Below, piece after piece: positions 48,926-58,168 of a DNA stretch of 64,000 nucleotides. The DNA comes from Escherichia phage Sa157lw. The stretch is from the sequence record OK322699.1. One strand, 5' to 3'. How positions within the stretch are numbered: the first letter of the stretch is position 1; every line of letters begins with the position of its first letter. The notes beneath the pieces are model-generated. The model saw only the letters and a program-made list of their open reading frames with translations. It was not told the DNA's origin and did not search any database. The translations under genes and the position numbers were made by a program.

Positions 48926-51142
48926 ATGATTGAATCATTAACATTTAAAAATGCGGTAGCAACCGTCGCGCCGTCTAACCATGTAATCGTTGTGGATATC
49001 TCCGGTTCCATGTACCGTTCACTTCCTGAAGTTCGCAAGCATCTGAAGGAAAATCTCCCGTCTCTGGTTAAACCAGAAGATACCGTCAGCATTCTTTACT
49101 TTTCATCCCGTGGTGATTTCGGTACGGTATTCGCTGGCCGTCAGATCAATAGCGCGACCGATCTCAGTGAAATCAATAAACTGATTGACCGCTTCCTGCA
49201 ACCGTCCGGTTGTACGGGATTTGTAGAACCTCTGAAGTTGGCTGCTGAAACCGCGTTGAGCCTGAACAAACCTGGTTATGTCAATAACCTGGCGTTCATG
49301 ACCGACGGCTATGACAACTGCTGGCGCTCTAATGAAATTCTGGCAGCAGCTGAAGTACTGCCCAAGGCGTTCGATAATATTACATTCATCGAATATGGCT
49401 GGTATTGTAACCGCGAACTTCTGGCTCTGATGTCCGAGCGTTCTGGCGCGACTCACGTGTTTGCCGAAGGTCAGACTGAATATCAGACCGAACTGGAAAA
49501 CGTACTGAAATCATCTACGCCGAAAGTGGTTGTTGATGTTCCCCTGGTTTACACTCATGCCATCTACGTTGAAAACGGCGTGGCAACTGTGCTAGCCGTA
49601 CAACCCGATGAAGAACACCCGATTGGCCACGTCAGCATCCCTGAAAGCGTTTCTCAGCTGTGGGTTGTAAACCCTAACATGATCGACCAGCTGGATAATC
49701 TGGCAGACACCCAGGCGGCATACGTGCTGGCATTCTATGGCGTGTACACCATGGACGCCGATCTGGTCTGGGCCGCGCTGAAGAAGACGGGTGACGTCCG
49801 CTTCATCAAACAATACAGCAACTGTTTCACCAAGCAGGACTATTCCAACATCAAAGTCGATCTGACCCAGGCTATCGTGGATGAAACTCTACGCGGCGTA
49901 GATGGCATCGATTACAATATGGTTCCAGCTGAAGATGCAACGACCATTGTTGATGTCTTGACCTACCTGGCCGAAGCCGATGTCTCTGTTGTCACTAAGC
50001 ATCCATTGTTCTCTTACAACAGCATCGGTCGCGGCACTGTGCAGAAAGTTGATGACACTGAAGACAAGCTGGCTGAACAAATCGCCGAAGCCAAAACCAA
50101 AGCAGAGCGTAAAGCGCTGGCTCTCAAACTGGCTGAGCACGAAGATTGGACACCGGAATTTACTCCGGTTGATGACAAAGGGATTGTCCCAATTAGCAAT
50201 CTGGTCTACAATTCAGAGCGCCCTAACATCAGCATTCAGACCGTTCAGCATGGGACGGTTGTTGTGCCGGAGTTCGTACAGAAGAAATATGAACTCCCTG
50301 AAGAACTGGGAACCTGGCGTTATCGTAATTACACCATCGTCAAAGATGGAATCATCAACCTGAAGACGATGCCGATTACTGCCGAATCTCCGATTGTCCG
50401 AGCTAAGGTTGTCCAAGATTTGATCGCCATGGGCGTTAATGTATTTGGTGGACCGGAAATCTTCATCGTTAATTTAGAAAGCGTTCCGATGGTCAACCGC
50501 GCCATGACCAAGAACATCAGTGCTGCCGAATTCTTCGCTGACAACGTTCGTCGCGAAGCGCTGAAGGCAAAACAGAAAGTTCTGAAATTCTATCGTGATG
50601 AACTGGTTGGCAAAGGCAATGCAACTGGTCTGGCTTCTAAATATGGTAAAGAAGCCGCCGATTTCTTGTCGGCAAATGGCATTCGCGACTACGGGTTCTC
50701 GCCGAAAACTACTTCTGTGGAATCAACCGATGTCTACATGAGCCGTGAGCTGAATGTGAAAATCAAAGGTGCTTCGTCGCTGCCGAGCATTGCGTCAGTT
50801 ATCAAAAAGCAAGCAGATGGTAAAAAACTGAATGTCGCTGATCAGTTGATTGCCAATGCTTTGGCCGAATACGACGCTTTTGTTAAATCGCCAATGATCA
50901 CCAGCGTACCTGAAGAGACTCAGAAAAAGCTGATTGAAAGCTGGATCGGAGACGCAGCAAAAGCGGCCATTAACGAAGTCCGCGCCCTGAACAAAACTCT
51001 GTCTAAAGTAGTTTACGGCATCGTCGCTGGTCATGGTTGGTTCACTGATTTGGATCTGGAAGAGTCTACGATGGATGTAGAAGTTGATGGGGTGAAATAC
51101 ACCGTCACTGCCGAACTGGCCGAAAAAGAAATCAAAATCTAA
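48926..51142 (+). CDS. von Willebrand factor A (VWA) domain protein (738 aa)
   Basis: N-terminal VVVDISGSM (MIDAS DxSxS) followed by VWA-like topology; long C-terminal region of unknown function. Confidence 0.6.
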   Translation: MIESLTFKNAVATVAPSNHVIVVDISGSMYRSLPEVRKHLKENLPSLVKPEDTVSILYFSSRGDFGTVFAGRQINSATDLSEINKLIDRFLQPSGCTGFVEPLKLAAETALSLNKPGYVNNLAFMTDGYDNCWRSNEILAAAEVLPKAFDNITFIEYGWYCNRELLALMSERSGATHVFAEGQTEYQTELENVLKSSTPKVVVDVPLVYTHAIYVENGVATVLAVQPDEEHPIGHVSIPESVSQLWVVNPNMIDQLDNLADTQAAYVLAFYGVYTMDADLVWAALKKTGDVRFIKQYSNCFTKQDYSNIKVDLTQAIVDETLRGVDGIDYNMVPAEDATTIVDVLTYLAEADVSVVTKHPLFSYNSIGRGTVQKVDDTEDKLAEQIAEAKTKAERKALALKLAEHEDWTPEFTPVDDKGIVPISNLVYNSERPNISIQTVQHGTVVVPEFVQKKYELPEELGTWRYRNYTIVKDGIINLKTMPITAESPIVRAKVVQDLIAMGVNVFGGPEIFIVNLESVPMVNRAMTKNISAAEFFADNVRREALKAKQKVLKFYRDELVGKGNATGLASKYGKEAADFLSANGIRDYGFSPKTTSVESTDVYMSRELNVKIKGASSLPSIASVIKKQADGKKLNVADQLIANALAEYDAFVKSPMITSVPEETQKKLIESWIGDAAKAAINEVRALNKTLSKVVYGIVAGHGWFTDLDLEESTMDVEVDGVKYTVTAELAEKEIKI

Positions 51143-51150
51143 ATCTAATT

Positions 51151-51175
51151 GGCGGGGAAACCCGCCTTTACTTTC
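51151..51175 (+). terminator. terminator hairpin (GGCGGG-GAAA-CCCGCC plus T-rich tail)
   Basis: Perfect stem with GAAA tetraloop after VWA gene stop. Confidence 0.5.
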
Positions 51176-51186
51176 AGGAAATGAAT

Positions 51187-51498
51187 ATGAGCAACAAACC
51201 GACTTATGTTGATGTCATGCGCGATTTGGCCCAATACGCATGTGACAACCTGAACATGGAAACTTGGCGCGACGGCGATCATAAAGAAAAGTTCGATAAT
51301 ATCGACGACAACATCGATGCGTTGGCTCCTCTTCGGGCCAAGAGCGATCTCGGCGGTGATGATCTTGACATGATTGAACTCATCATGGAAGTTGAAGAAC
51401 AATATGATGTTGAAATCAGTGATGACTGGGTAGGCAAACATGGTGATGATCCCACGCTCGGCGAATTAGCTGAATTGGTAGTTGCCCTCAGCAAGTAA
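51187..51498 (+). CDS. acyl carrier protein-like protein with Ser-to-Asp at the phosphopantetheine site
   Basis: DLGGDDLDMIELIMEVEEQYDVEI aligns with E. coli ACP [24 protein letters not shown]; the conserved Ser is Asp (codon 51361-51363). Confidence 0.6.
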   Translation: MSNKPTYVDVMRDLAQYACDNLNMETWRDGDHKEKFDNIDDNIDALAPLRAKSDLGGDDLDMIELIMEVEEQYDVEISDDWVGKHGDDPTLGELAELVVALSK

Positions 51499-51506
51499 AC
51501 CAAAAG

Positions 51507-51538
51507 AATCCCCAATATTTATTGGGGATTTTTACTTT
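51507..51538 (+). terminator. rho-independent terminator (AATCCCCAAT-ATTT-ATTGGGGATT plus T-run)
   Basis: Perfect 10-bp stem after the ACP-like gene stop. Confidence 0.6.
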
Positions 51539-51618
51539 TAGGGGTTTACTTCTTCTAAAGAATATCCTATTATTCAATAACTGGCTAACGTGGGGTTGGC
51601 TAGAAAAGGAGATACAAA

Positions 51619-51858
51619 ATGAAACTACCAGGTCATATTGAAGTTTATATGCGGTTATACAAAGAAGGTAACGCCGCTGCTAAAGAACTACACGAACTGA
51701 TTTTGTCATACGGCGTTAAGTCTGTTACAGAAGTAAAGAACAACAAAATAGACGGCGAATATGTGTCAATCAATGGGCGTGGTCTGAAAACCAACCCAAC
51801 ATATTTTGTGGGTGTCCATTTAGACACAGGGAAAGAAGTCGTGGAGATCGTGGCATAA
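51619..51858 (+). CDS. hypothetical protein
   Basis: AAGGAG SD. Confidence 0.5.
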   Translation: MKLPGHIEVYMRLYKEGNAAAKELHELILSYGVKSVTEVKNNKIDGEYVSINGRGLKTNPTYFVGVHLDTGKEVVEIVA

Positions 51859-52097
51859 TGTCTAATAAGAAAGTTGAAACGACGGTAGAAATTGATCGTA
51901 ATTGGGGATTACTCCGCGCTAAAGGTTTTCGTCGTGTTTATATGACCAAGGAAGTTTATGTTCAGCGTCGCGACGTTATTATCAGCAAGAAAGGTAAAGA
52001 GTGGGTTGCTGAAGAAGTTGACATTGAAACAGGTGTCGTGGGCAAAGTAAAAGCGAAGGCGGCTATTTTGTTTTCTCTTCTGAAGCATATCAATTAA
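51858..52097 (+). CDS. hypothetical protein
   Basis: ATG overlapping previous stop (TAATG). Confidence 0.45.
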   Translation: MSNKKVETTVEIDRNWGLLRAKGFRRVYMTKEVYVQRRDVIISKKGKEWVAEEVDIETGVVGKVKAKAAILFSLLKHIN

Positions 52098-52181
52098 TTC
52101 TATAAACTCCGGCGGGGTATGATTACCCCGCCTATTTGAAATTGCAGGAACTTATATCATGATCTCTGTCGAGGGTATAAT

Positions 52182-52469
52182 ATGACAAAGGAACAAGAAC
52201 TCGCTTTGTTCTCTATGGTTCGCAGTAATGTTAAATTGAGTTTTAGACAAGTGGACTCCATTATTGATCTTATGAAAATTAAGAATTCCATAGATAACGA
52301 TCATTTGCGCACCGCTCTTTTGGGATTGTTGGAATTCGTTTTGCGCGGATCTGATCTTGGACCAGTGAATGATATTGACGACCTGACCAAATTGTTAAAC
52401 ACTGGCGGTGATGGTTTCGATACCGCTCGTATTCTGATTAACTGTGGTCCTAACAAAGAAGAGGTATGA
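52182..52469 (+). CDS. hypothetical protein
   Basis: GAGGG SD. Confidence 0.45.
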   Translation: MTKEQELALFSMVRSNVKLSFRQVDSIIDLMKIKNSIDNDHLRTALLGLLEFVLRGSDLGPVNDIDDLTKLLNTGGDGFDTARILINCGPNKEEV

Positions 52470-52661
52470 TGTGGACAAAGATTTGGTTTGGGAAATCGTG
52501 AAAGGTATCCTGGTAATAATTGCTGTGGTCTTTATCCTAGGAGGAAACTTCTTCTATTGGTTATTGCGGTATGAAGAGAAGCGTCGAGAGCGGAAAGAAC
52601 AGAAGAGAAAAGATCGATGGATGAACTAACTAAGGGATAACCCTATATCCCGAGGTGTGTC

Positions 52662-53111
52662 ATGTTCCTTACATCCTTTATTGACTGGATGAATATCATA
52701 AATGGCCTGAGGATCCCTGTTGGGAACCTCGGGCTTTCTCGTTCTTCTATGCCGCAAATCGATGCCGACAAACAAGAAGATTTTCACAAATATCTTGAAG
52801 ACAACGGCGTGTCTATAGATGCTGCGCAAGTGCCCATCAAAATGCTTCGTCTTACCCAGAACGAAATCAACAAGATGAAGGTCTGGAAGATTATGAAGCA
52901 AATCCGAAATAAGAAACCTATGGGTCGAGTTTGGGTGTCTTCTGACAATTACGTTGTTGACGGATCTCACCGATTTGTCGCTGCGTTGAACATGGACGGC
53001 AAACAGCGCATGAAGGTCTACAAAGTTGATTTGCCAGCGATGGAATTTGTTAAACTCGCTAAACAGTTTCAAGGGGTGCGATACAGAACGGTCAGCGATA
53101 CCCGTTTCTGA
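52662..53111 (+). CDS. hypothetical protein, possible ParB/Srx-like fold
   Basis: GAGGTG SD; segment VWVSSDNYVVDGSHRFVAA loosely ParB-like; weak. Confidence 0.4.
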   Translation: MFLTSFIDWMNIINGLRIPVGNLGLSRSSMPQIDADKQEDFHKYLEDNGVSIDAAQVPIKMLRLTQNEINKMKVWKIMKQIRNKKPMGRVWVSSDNYVVDGSHRFVAALNMDGKQRMKVYKVDLPAMEFVKLAKQFQGVRYRTVSDTRF

Positions 53112-53190
53112 ATACGATAGTTTATTGAAACCCTTTACTCAACATGGTGACAGCCCTATCATTTTATCCAATGAAATAAGGAGAATCACC

Positions 53191-53880
53191 ATGAAACGTT
53201 TAATCCTCGGGGTTGTGCTGGCAGGTCTGGCATTACCCGCCGCCGCCAAGCTGAACTCCACAGGTGACAAACTGTGGTCTGATCTTTCCTACTGTGCTGG
53301 GTTCTCCCAGGCCGTGGCTATAGACAAGTCCGGTTCCATAGAGAATTTCGCTGAACTTTGGAACACGGGTAACGTCTCCACTGCTGTTGTTAATGCTGGG
53401 ATTGAGTTCAACCGTTACAAACAGGGAGCCTACAACTTGAAAGGCTACCTGAATGACGATGAATTTAACCGAGGAGGCATGGAGGCTGGCGATCTCATCA
53501 TGACTGGCCGTATGGGCACACAAGGCCGTATGACTGTAAGGCAATGCCGTTCTCTCCCCTCTCCGGCATTACAGAAGGGTGTGCAAATCGGGCGTCGACA
53601 TTTGGATCTGATCAATGATGGCAACCAATGCATCAAGGTGTTTGAATATAGTGCCGACCAAGAATCAGATCGACGTTTGAAAAAGGAATGGCGGACACGT
53701 GCCCTTGGATTGAGAGCATGGCTCGTAGAAAACGATTATTACTACGAGGATCGTGTTCAGAACGGATTGAAAGATCTTTCCACTAATTTGTCTGTCAATC
53801 TAGACGACCCAAGGCTTTCGCGTGAACTCAAGCAAACACGGATTGACTGCGACAATATGATGAAGGAGAACGAAAGATGA
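53191..53880 (+). CDS. secreted/periplasmic protein (signal peptide)
   Basis: ATG 53191; N-terminus MKRLILGVVLAGLALPAAAK is a typical Sec signal peptide. Confidence 0.5.
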   Translation: MKRLILGVVLAGLALPAAAKLNSTGDKLWSDLSYCAGFSQAVAIDKSGSIENFAELWNTGNVSTAVVNAGIEFNRYKQGAYNLKGYLNDDEFNRGGMEAGDLIMTGRMGTQGRMTVRQCRSLPSPALQKGVQIGRRHLDLINDGNQCIKVFEYSADQESDRRLKKEWRTRALGLRAWLVENDYYYEDRVQNGLKDLSTNLSVNLDDPRLSRELKQTRIDCDNMMKENER

Positions 53881-54197
53881 GAAACATAATATTCTTGTTA
53901 TTCTTTTCTATGTTGGCATCATTCCAAGTTATGGCGACTCCGGCCAGCAAATTGAATATTTGCGCGGCCTGGTTGTCTACTTATCAACAATTTCACCCTG
54001 ATGATAAAGATACATCTATCCTTTTATCGGATTATGAAGGTGAGTTGAAACGCCTTGATCTCTACAGCGTGGATCAAATAGAGAATGCTTTAGATTTGCC
54101 AATGATGGAGTCCGCTGCCGACAATAGCAAACAGACGATCAAAGATCTGACTATGTGTCGGGAAATAGCCACTAATTTCGTTGGAAATCAAAGATAA
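53877..54197 (+). CDS. small secreted protein (signal peptide)
   Basis: AAGGAG SD; N-terminus MRNIIFLLFFSMLASFQVMA. Confidence 0.5.
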   Translation: MRNIIFLLFFSMLASFQVMATPASKLNICAAWLSTYQQFHPDDKDTSILLSDYEGELKRLDLYSVDQIENALDLPMMESAADNSKQTIKDLTMCREIATNFVGNQR

Positions 54198-54247
54198 TTT
54201 TCAGGTTAAAATTTAACTTCCATTGAACTGAAAGGAAATACTTCGTG

Positions 54248-55054
54248 ATGATTATTACTAAAAAGATCGCCGAATCGATCGTTGAAAAGAATAAGATGTT
54301 CGCGCCCAACAAAGCAAAGGTCATTCTGATTCACGAAGACGGGCGCGTCATCTTCGCTGAGAAGTTTGAGCAGGGTTGTGCTTTCTGGTTCGCAGATACT
54401 ATGCGCGAAAGCAAGCTGCAGGGCATCATCTATAAATTGACCCTGGTTGCCAAGCGCAATGATCAGGGTGATTGGGTTACGGTCTGCGATTTCAGCTCTA
54501 AGGTTGAAACGAAAGCCAAAACCCGCCAAGAAAGAATTTTAGAGGCTCAGGAAAAACTTCGGGTCGCTCGCACATCATCCGCGGAGAAGCCGGAAATAAA
54601 ACCAGCCGTTATGCCTGTCACCAATAATCCGCTCCCACCTGTGGGTCAAAAGGCTTTCGAACAATATGTTGAAAAGAGAAAAGAAGAATCTATGAAGACT
54701 CCGGTAGAAAATAATGATGAGTCTGAATTCATTTCAATACGACAGTTGTGCCCGCAAGAACAACGTTATTCTTCTCCAAATGATTTATTTGTGTCATTCA
54801 GATGCAACGGGAAGATCATCCTGTGTAAAACTCTGCGTGAACAACTACCATGGCCTAACATCAATATGATGGTGAGTCGCAATTTTAAACGATTTGCTAT
54901 TAGTGAAGGGAACGATTATCCCGTAAACAAGAGCGGAACGTATGCCAACAAACATATGTGTGGTAAGTTGTCTTTCCCTAACGATTCCGGAACCATCCGC
55001 GTTCGTTTAGAATGGGATGAAACCCTGAACATGTATGTTGGTGATATAAAATAA
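54248..55054 (+). CDS. hypothetical protein
   Basis: ATG 54248 after AAAGGAAA SD. Confidence 0.45.
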   Translation: MIITKKIAESIVEKNKMFAPNKAKVILIHEDGRVIFAEKFEQGCAFWFADTMRESKLQGIIYKLTLVAKRNDQGDWVTVCDFSSKVETKAKTRQERILEAQEKLRVARTSSAEKPEIKPAVMPVTNNPLPPVGQKAFEQYVEKRKEESMKTPVENNDESEFISIRQLCPQEQRYSSPNDLFVSFRCNGKIILCKTLREQLPWPNINMMVSRNFKRFAISEGNDYPVNKSGTYANKHMCGKLSFPNDSGTIRVRLEWDETLNMYVGDIK

Positions 55055-55111
55055 TTCAATAACATTAGGGCGGTTATTATTAAACCGCCTTTTATTTGAG
55101 AGATCTATATT

Positions 55112-55780
55112 ATGAATAAGAAGAGTCGTATCATCATCGGCGCGGATCAGGGAAATCTGTATTTTGATACAACTGGTGCTATTGCCCACGCCATCCTTCC
55201 AACAGGTATTTCTGTTTATTGTGTCGAACACCCAGATCCAGCGATCAAACGACTTTGTTACATCCATCGTGAAAAGGGATTGATTGTATTACCGGAAGGC
55301 GCAATTATGCGCGCTCGTTCTTGGCCGATCGATTTTAATTCCATGACCGCCAGAGAGATTGACGCCCGTTTCTTCGCATACAATATGAATCGAACTTTAA
55401 GGAACGAAACTCAAAGAGTTGCCCATTTCGATAATGAAACATATACCGTGACATTAGAATTTCGCGTTCTTGGTGAAGCTCTTCAGGTAAAGAAAACGAG
55501 TTGGGCAACCGAAGGGACGTTTACCAATGATTATGCTCTTATCGATAGATTGTGTAATCGGTTCCGAATTAGCCTGACTGCGAATGAAGATTTGGGAGAA
55601 TATGTATCATGGACAGCTCGTTCTCCACATATGAATGGGATCATGATGGAGAGCGGGACTCGTAATCGTGCTGTTCTTCAGCTGCTGTTGTTAGATGCGT
55701 ATTCTCGCAATCCTCTGGAATATTTGTCTCGAGAGCAAATCGACAACGCTCTTTCCCATTGCAATCATCTGGAGGTGTGA
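55112..55780 (+). CDS. hypothetical protein
   Basis: Preceded by the GAGAGATCTATATT element shared with the gene at 31794. Confidence 0.5.
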   Translation: MNKKSRIIIGADQGNLYFDTTGAIAHAILPTGISVYCVEHPDPAIKRLCYIHREKGLIVLPEGAIMRARSWPIDFNSMTAREIDARFFAYNMNRTLRNETQRVAHFDNETYTVTLEFRVLGEALQVKKTSWATEGTFTNDYALIDRLCNRFRISLTANEDLGEYVSWTARSPHMNGIMMESGTRNRAVLQLLLLDAYSRNPLEYLSREQIDNALSHCNHLEV

Positions 55781-55781
55781 T

Positions 55782-56069
55782 ATGTCCGGCGTATGGTGTG
55801 ATGTATTATTAGTGAGATTTTCAAACGGGATGGATAACCAGATTATTTCATTCTTTTATCCTGTTCCCTTTTCTTCTATGGGTCTGACTGTCAAGCGCGT
55901 TCTTGACATAGAAGAAAAACTCAACGCTATGCCGTATATGGCGCGACCACACGTGCTGGGTTGTGAACTGTTAAACGAAATGATGATCGATGAGAATCTT
56001 GTTGAAACAATTATCACGCGTGAACAGATGAAAACTATACTGGCTCAGGGAGAACCCCATGTCGAATAA
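55782..56069 (+). CDS. hypothetical protein
   Basis: ATG 55782 with GGAGG SD overlapping previous stop. Confidence 0.4.
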   Translation: MSGVWCDVLLVRFSNGMDNQIISFFYPVPFSSMGLTVKRVLDIEEKLNAMPYMARPHVLGCELLNEMMIDENLVETIITREQMKTILAQGEPHVE

Positions 56070-56379
56070 ACCGTTTGAACTTAAATTTCGCGTTTGGCAT
56101 ATTCCCCAGGTTCCTGGGATCGCTTTTCATGTTGAGGTTCCAACATTTGAAGAAGCGCAGCGCCTGAAGAATGCTCTGGGTGATTATGATTTGTTCCAGT
56201 TCAACAACAATATCAAGCCGGATTATTGCAATGCTTCGGGCATTCAGATTTATCAACATGATCTGACCGATGATGATCTTAATGATATGGGTCTGGATGA
56301 TCGTTGGGTTGATATGGAAGATGTTGACGAACTCAACGATTATTTCGAGCATCTGCGCAGTACAGGGTGGGAAATATGA
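56059..56379 (+). CDS. hypothetical acidic protein
   Basis: ORF with GGGAGAA SD. Confidence 0.45.
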   Translation: MSNKPFELKFRVWHIPQVPGIAFHVEVPTFEEAQRLKNALGDYDLFQFNNNIKPDYCNASGIQIYQHDLTDDDLNDMGLDDRWVDMEDVDELNDYFEHLRSTGWEI

Positions 56380-56684
56380 TTTCAAAATATATTGTAAAGC
56401 CTGGGGATACTCTGTCCAGCATCGCTCTAAAATTATATGGTGATGCCCAACAGTATATCAAATTAGCCAGATTCAACAATATCCAAAACCCAGGCCATAT
56501 CACGGTTGGTCAGGTTATTTGTTTACCCACACCTGTCGAAGACAAAGAACACATTATGATTCCGGTTCAACCGACTCAGAAGTGTTTGGATGCGATAGCT
56601 GGTTTATTTCGGCCAGGTTTTTGTGATGGAACTATTGAACGTCACATTTATCAAGCGATTGTGGAAAACGCAGGTGTAAAATGA
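56376..56684 (+). CDS. LysM domain protein
   Basis: YIVKPGDTLSSIALKLYGD...YIKLARFNNIQNPGHITVGQVICLP fits the LysM motif. Confidence 0.6.
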   Translation: MISKYIVKPGDTLSSIALKLYGDAQQYIKLARFNNIQNPGHITVGQVICLPTPVEDKEHIMIPVQPTQKCLDAIAGLFRPGFCDGTIERHIYQAIVENAGVK

Positions 56685-56890
56685 TCGGATTAATTCGTTA
56701 CCTGTTCATATTCGTAATTTCAACATTCATTTTATTTTTCTTTTTCAAATACTTGAAAGAGACTAAAATCTACCGAAGTAAACGTTGGCGCAAACGGGTG
56801 AGGGTAACTTTCCTGCTGCTGATTTCTTCGGTTACAATAACCGCACTCACATTGGGTGCATATATCTACATTTTTGAAGGGGTACATTGA
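56681..56890 (+). CDS. small membrane protein
   Basis: Two hydrophobic helices (FIFVISTFILFFFF; VTFLLLISSVTITALTLGAYIYIF); start overlaps LysM stop. Confidence 0.45.
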   Translation: MIGLIRYLFIFVISTFILFFFFKYLKETKIYRSKRWRKRVRVTFLLLISSVTITALTLGAYIYIFEGVH

Positions 56891-57681
56891 TGTTCAAGAA
56901 ATTGGTGTTCGGTGCAATTATGGTTCTGGCTGCAAGTCTACTTTCTGGTTGTGGTGGCGTTATCGATGAAGGTAATGTCGGCGTTCGCACCCAATGGGGT
57001 GAAGTAGACATGAACCCTGTAACAGCGGGGATCTACACCAGCTTTGTTTCAAGCGTGGATGTTTACACGACCAAAGAAGCCGTTGTGAGTCTGACTAAAA
57101 TGACGCCAAAGGCCAAAGACAACCTGACTCTGGAAGACTTGGATGTGGATGTTTATTACACACCCAATGTCGCAAAGGTTCCGTGGTTCCATACCAAATT
57201 TGCTGGCCAGAGCGCTGAACTCGATGATGGCACGATAGCGGTGGGTTTCAATCTAGTTAAAACTGCTGCAGCATCTTCTTCGATGGACGCCGTTTCTTCT
57301 CTTGATTCTATGACAATTCACACCCAACGTGCTGAATTAGAGAAGATGATTAAAGACCGCACTCAGCAACAATTAGAGACTGCTGCGCCTGGCATGTTCA
57401 CAATCACACGCGTGTTGGTCAAAAAGGCGCTGACGGATCCTTCTATTGAGCAGTCTATCCGTGATAATGTTATGGCGGACAAACGATTGGATACGGCAAG
57501 AAAGAACGTTGAAATTCGCGAGCAAGAAGCCCAAGCGAACCAGAAACTGACCACTTCGCTGACGCCTGAATATCTTCAACATGAATATAACATGGTATTA
57601 CAATCATGTGCCAATAGTGGAAAATGTACTCTGATCGTTGACGGATCCGGCTCAGGTAAAATGCTGAACGTCGGCAAATAA
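56890..57681 (+). CDS. lipoprotein with SPFH (band-7/prohibitin-like) domain
   Basis: Signal peptide with lipobox LLSGC; SPFH-like N-terminal segment (GNVGVRTQWGEV...TKEAVV...DVDVYY) and coiled-coil C-terminus. Confidence 0.5.
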   Translation: MFKKLVFGAIMVLAASLLSGCGGVIDEGNVGVRTQWGEVDMNPVTAGIYTSFVSSVDVYTTKEAVVSLTKMTPKAKDNLTLEDLDVDVYYTPNVAKVPWFHTKFAGQSAELDDGTIAVGFNLVKTAAASSSMDAVSSLDSMTIHTQRAELEKMIKDRTQQQLETAAPGMFTITRVLVKKALTDPSIEQSIRDNVMADKRLDTARKNVEIREQEAQANQKLTTSLTPEYLQHEYNMVLQSCANSGKCTLIVDGSGSGKMLNVGK

Positions 57682-57764
57682 ACGCTTTATTCAATAATAT
57701 TTGTTAGGTAAGCTGTAGTCCTCTTGTAGTGAAACATTGTAAACAACTAACTGGAGTAATCCGA

Positions 57765-58043
57765 ATGAACCGTACTGATTTTATCGCTCACATCGCCCAG
57801 ACTCAGGGTATGACCAAAGGCGAAGCAGAGAAGATCGTGGCATCCTTTATCAATGGCGTAAAAACTGCAGTCGCAGCTGGCCAATCTGTCCAATTCGTCG
57901 GCTTCGGCGCGTTTGAAGTTAAACATCAGGAAGCGCGCACTGGTCGCAACCCGCTGAACGGGCAAGCGATTCAGATCGAAGCGAAAAATGTTGTTAAATT
58001 CAAAGTCGGCGAAGGTCTGAAAGCTGCTGCCAACGGCCAGTAA
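57765..58043 (+). CDS. HU/IHF-family DNA-binding protein
   Basis: MNRTDFIAHIAQ...GFGAFEVKHQEARTGRNPLNGQAIQIEAKNVVKFKVG matches the bacterial HU consensus. Confidence 0.8.
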   Translation: MNRTDFIAHIAQTQGMTKGEAEKIVASFINGVKTAVAAGQSVQFVGFGAFEVKHQEARTGRNPLNGQAIQIEAKNVVKFKVGEGLKAAANGQ

Positions 58044-58091
58044 TCACATCCAGAGCGGTCGTGCCTAGCACAGCGTGTTAGGCTAAAAGAG

Positions 58092-58120
58092 AAAGCCGAG
58101 GTTAATGCCTCGGCTTTTTC
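58092..58120 (+). terminator. rho-independent terminator (AAAGCCGAGG-loop-CCTCGGCTTT plus T-run)
   Basis: Perfect 10-bp stem after HU gene stop. Confidence 0.65.
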
Positions 58121-58168
58121 GTTGTTGGAATTCGGGTAAACTATAACAGAACCCAAAGGAGGAACAAC

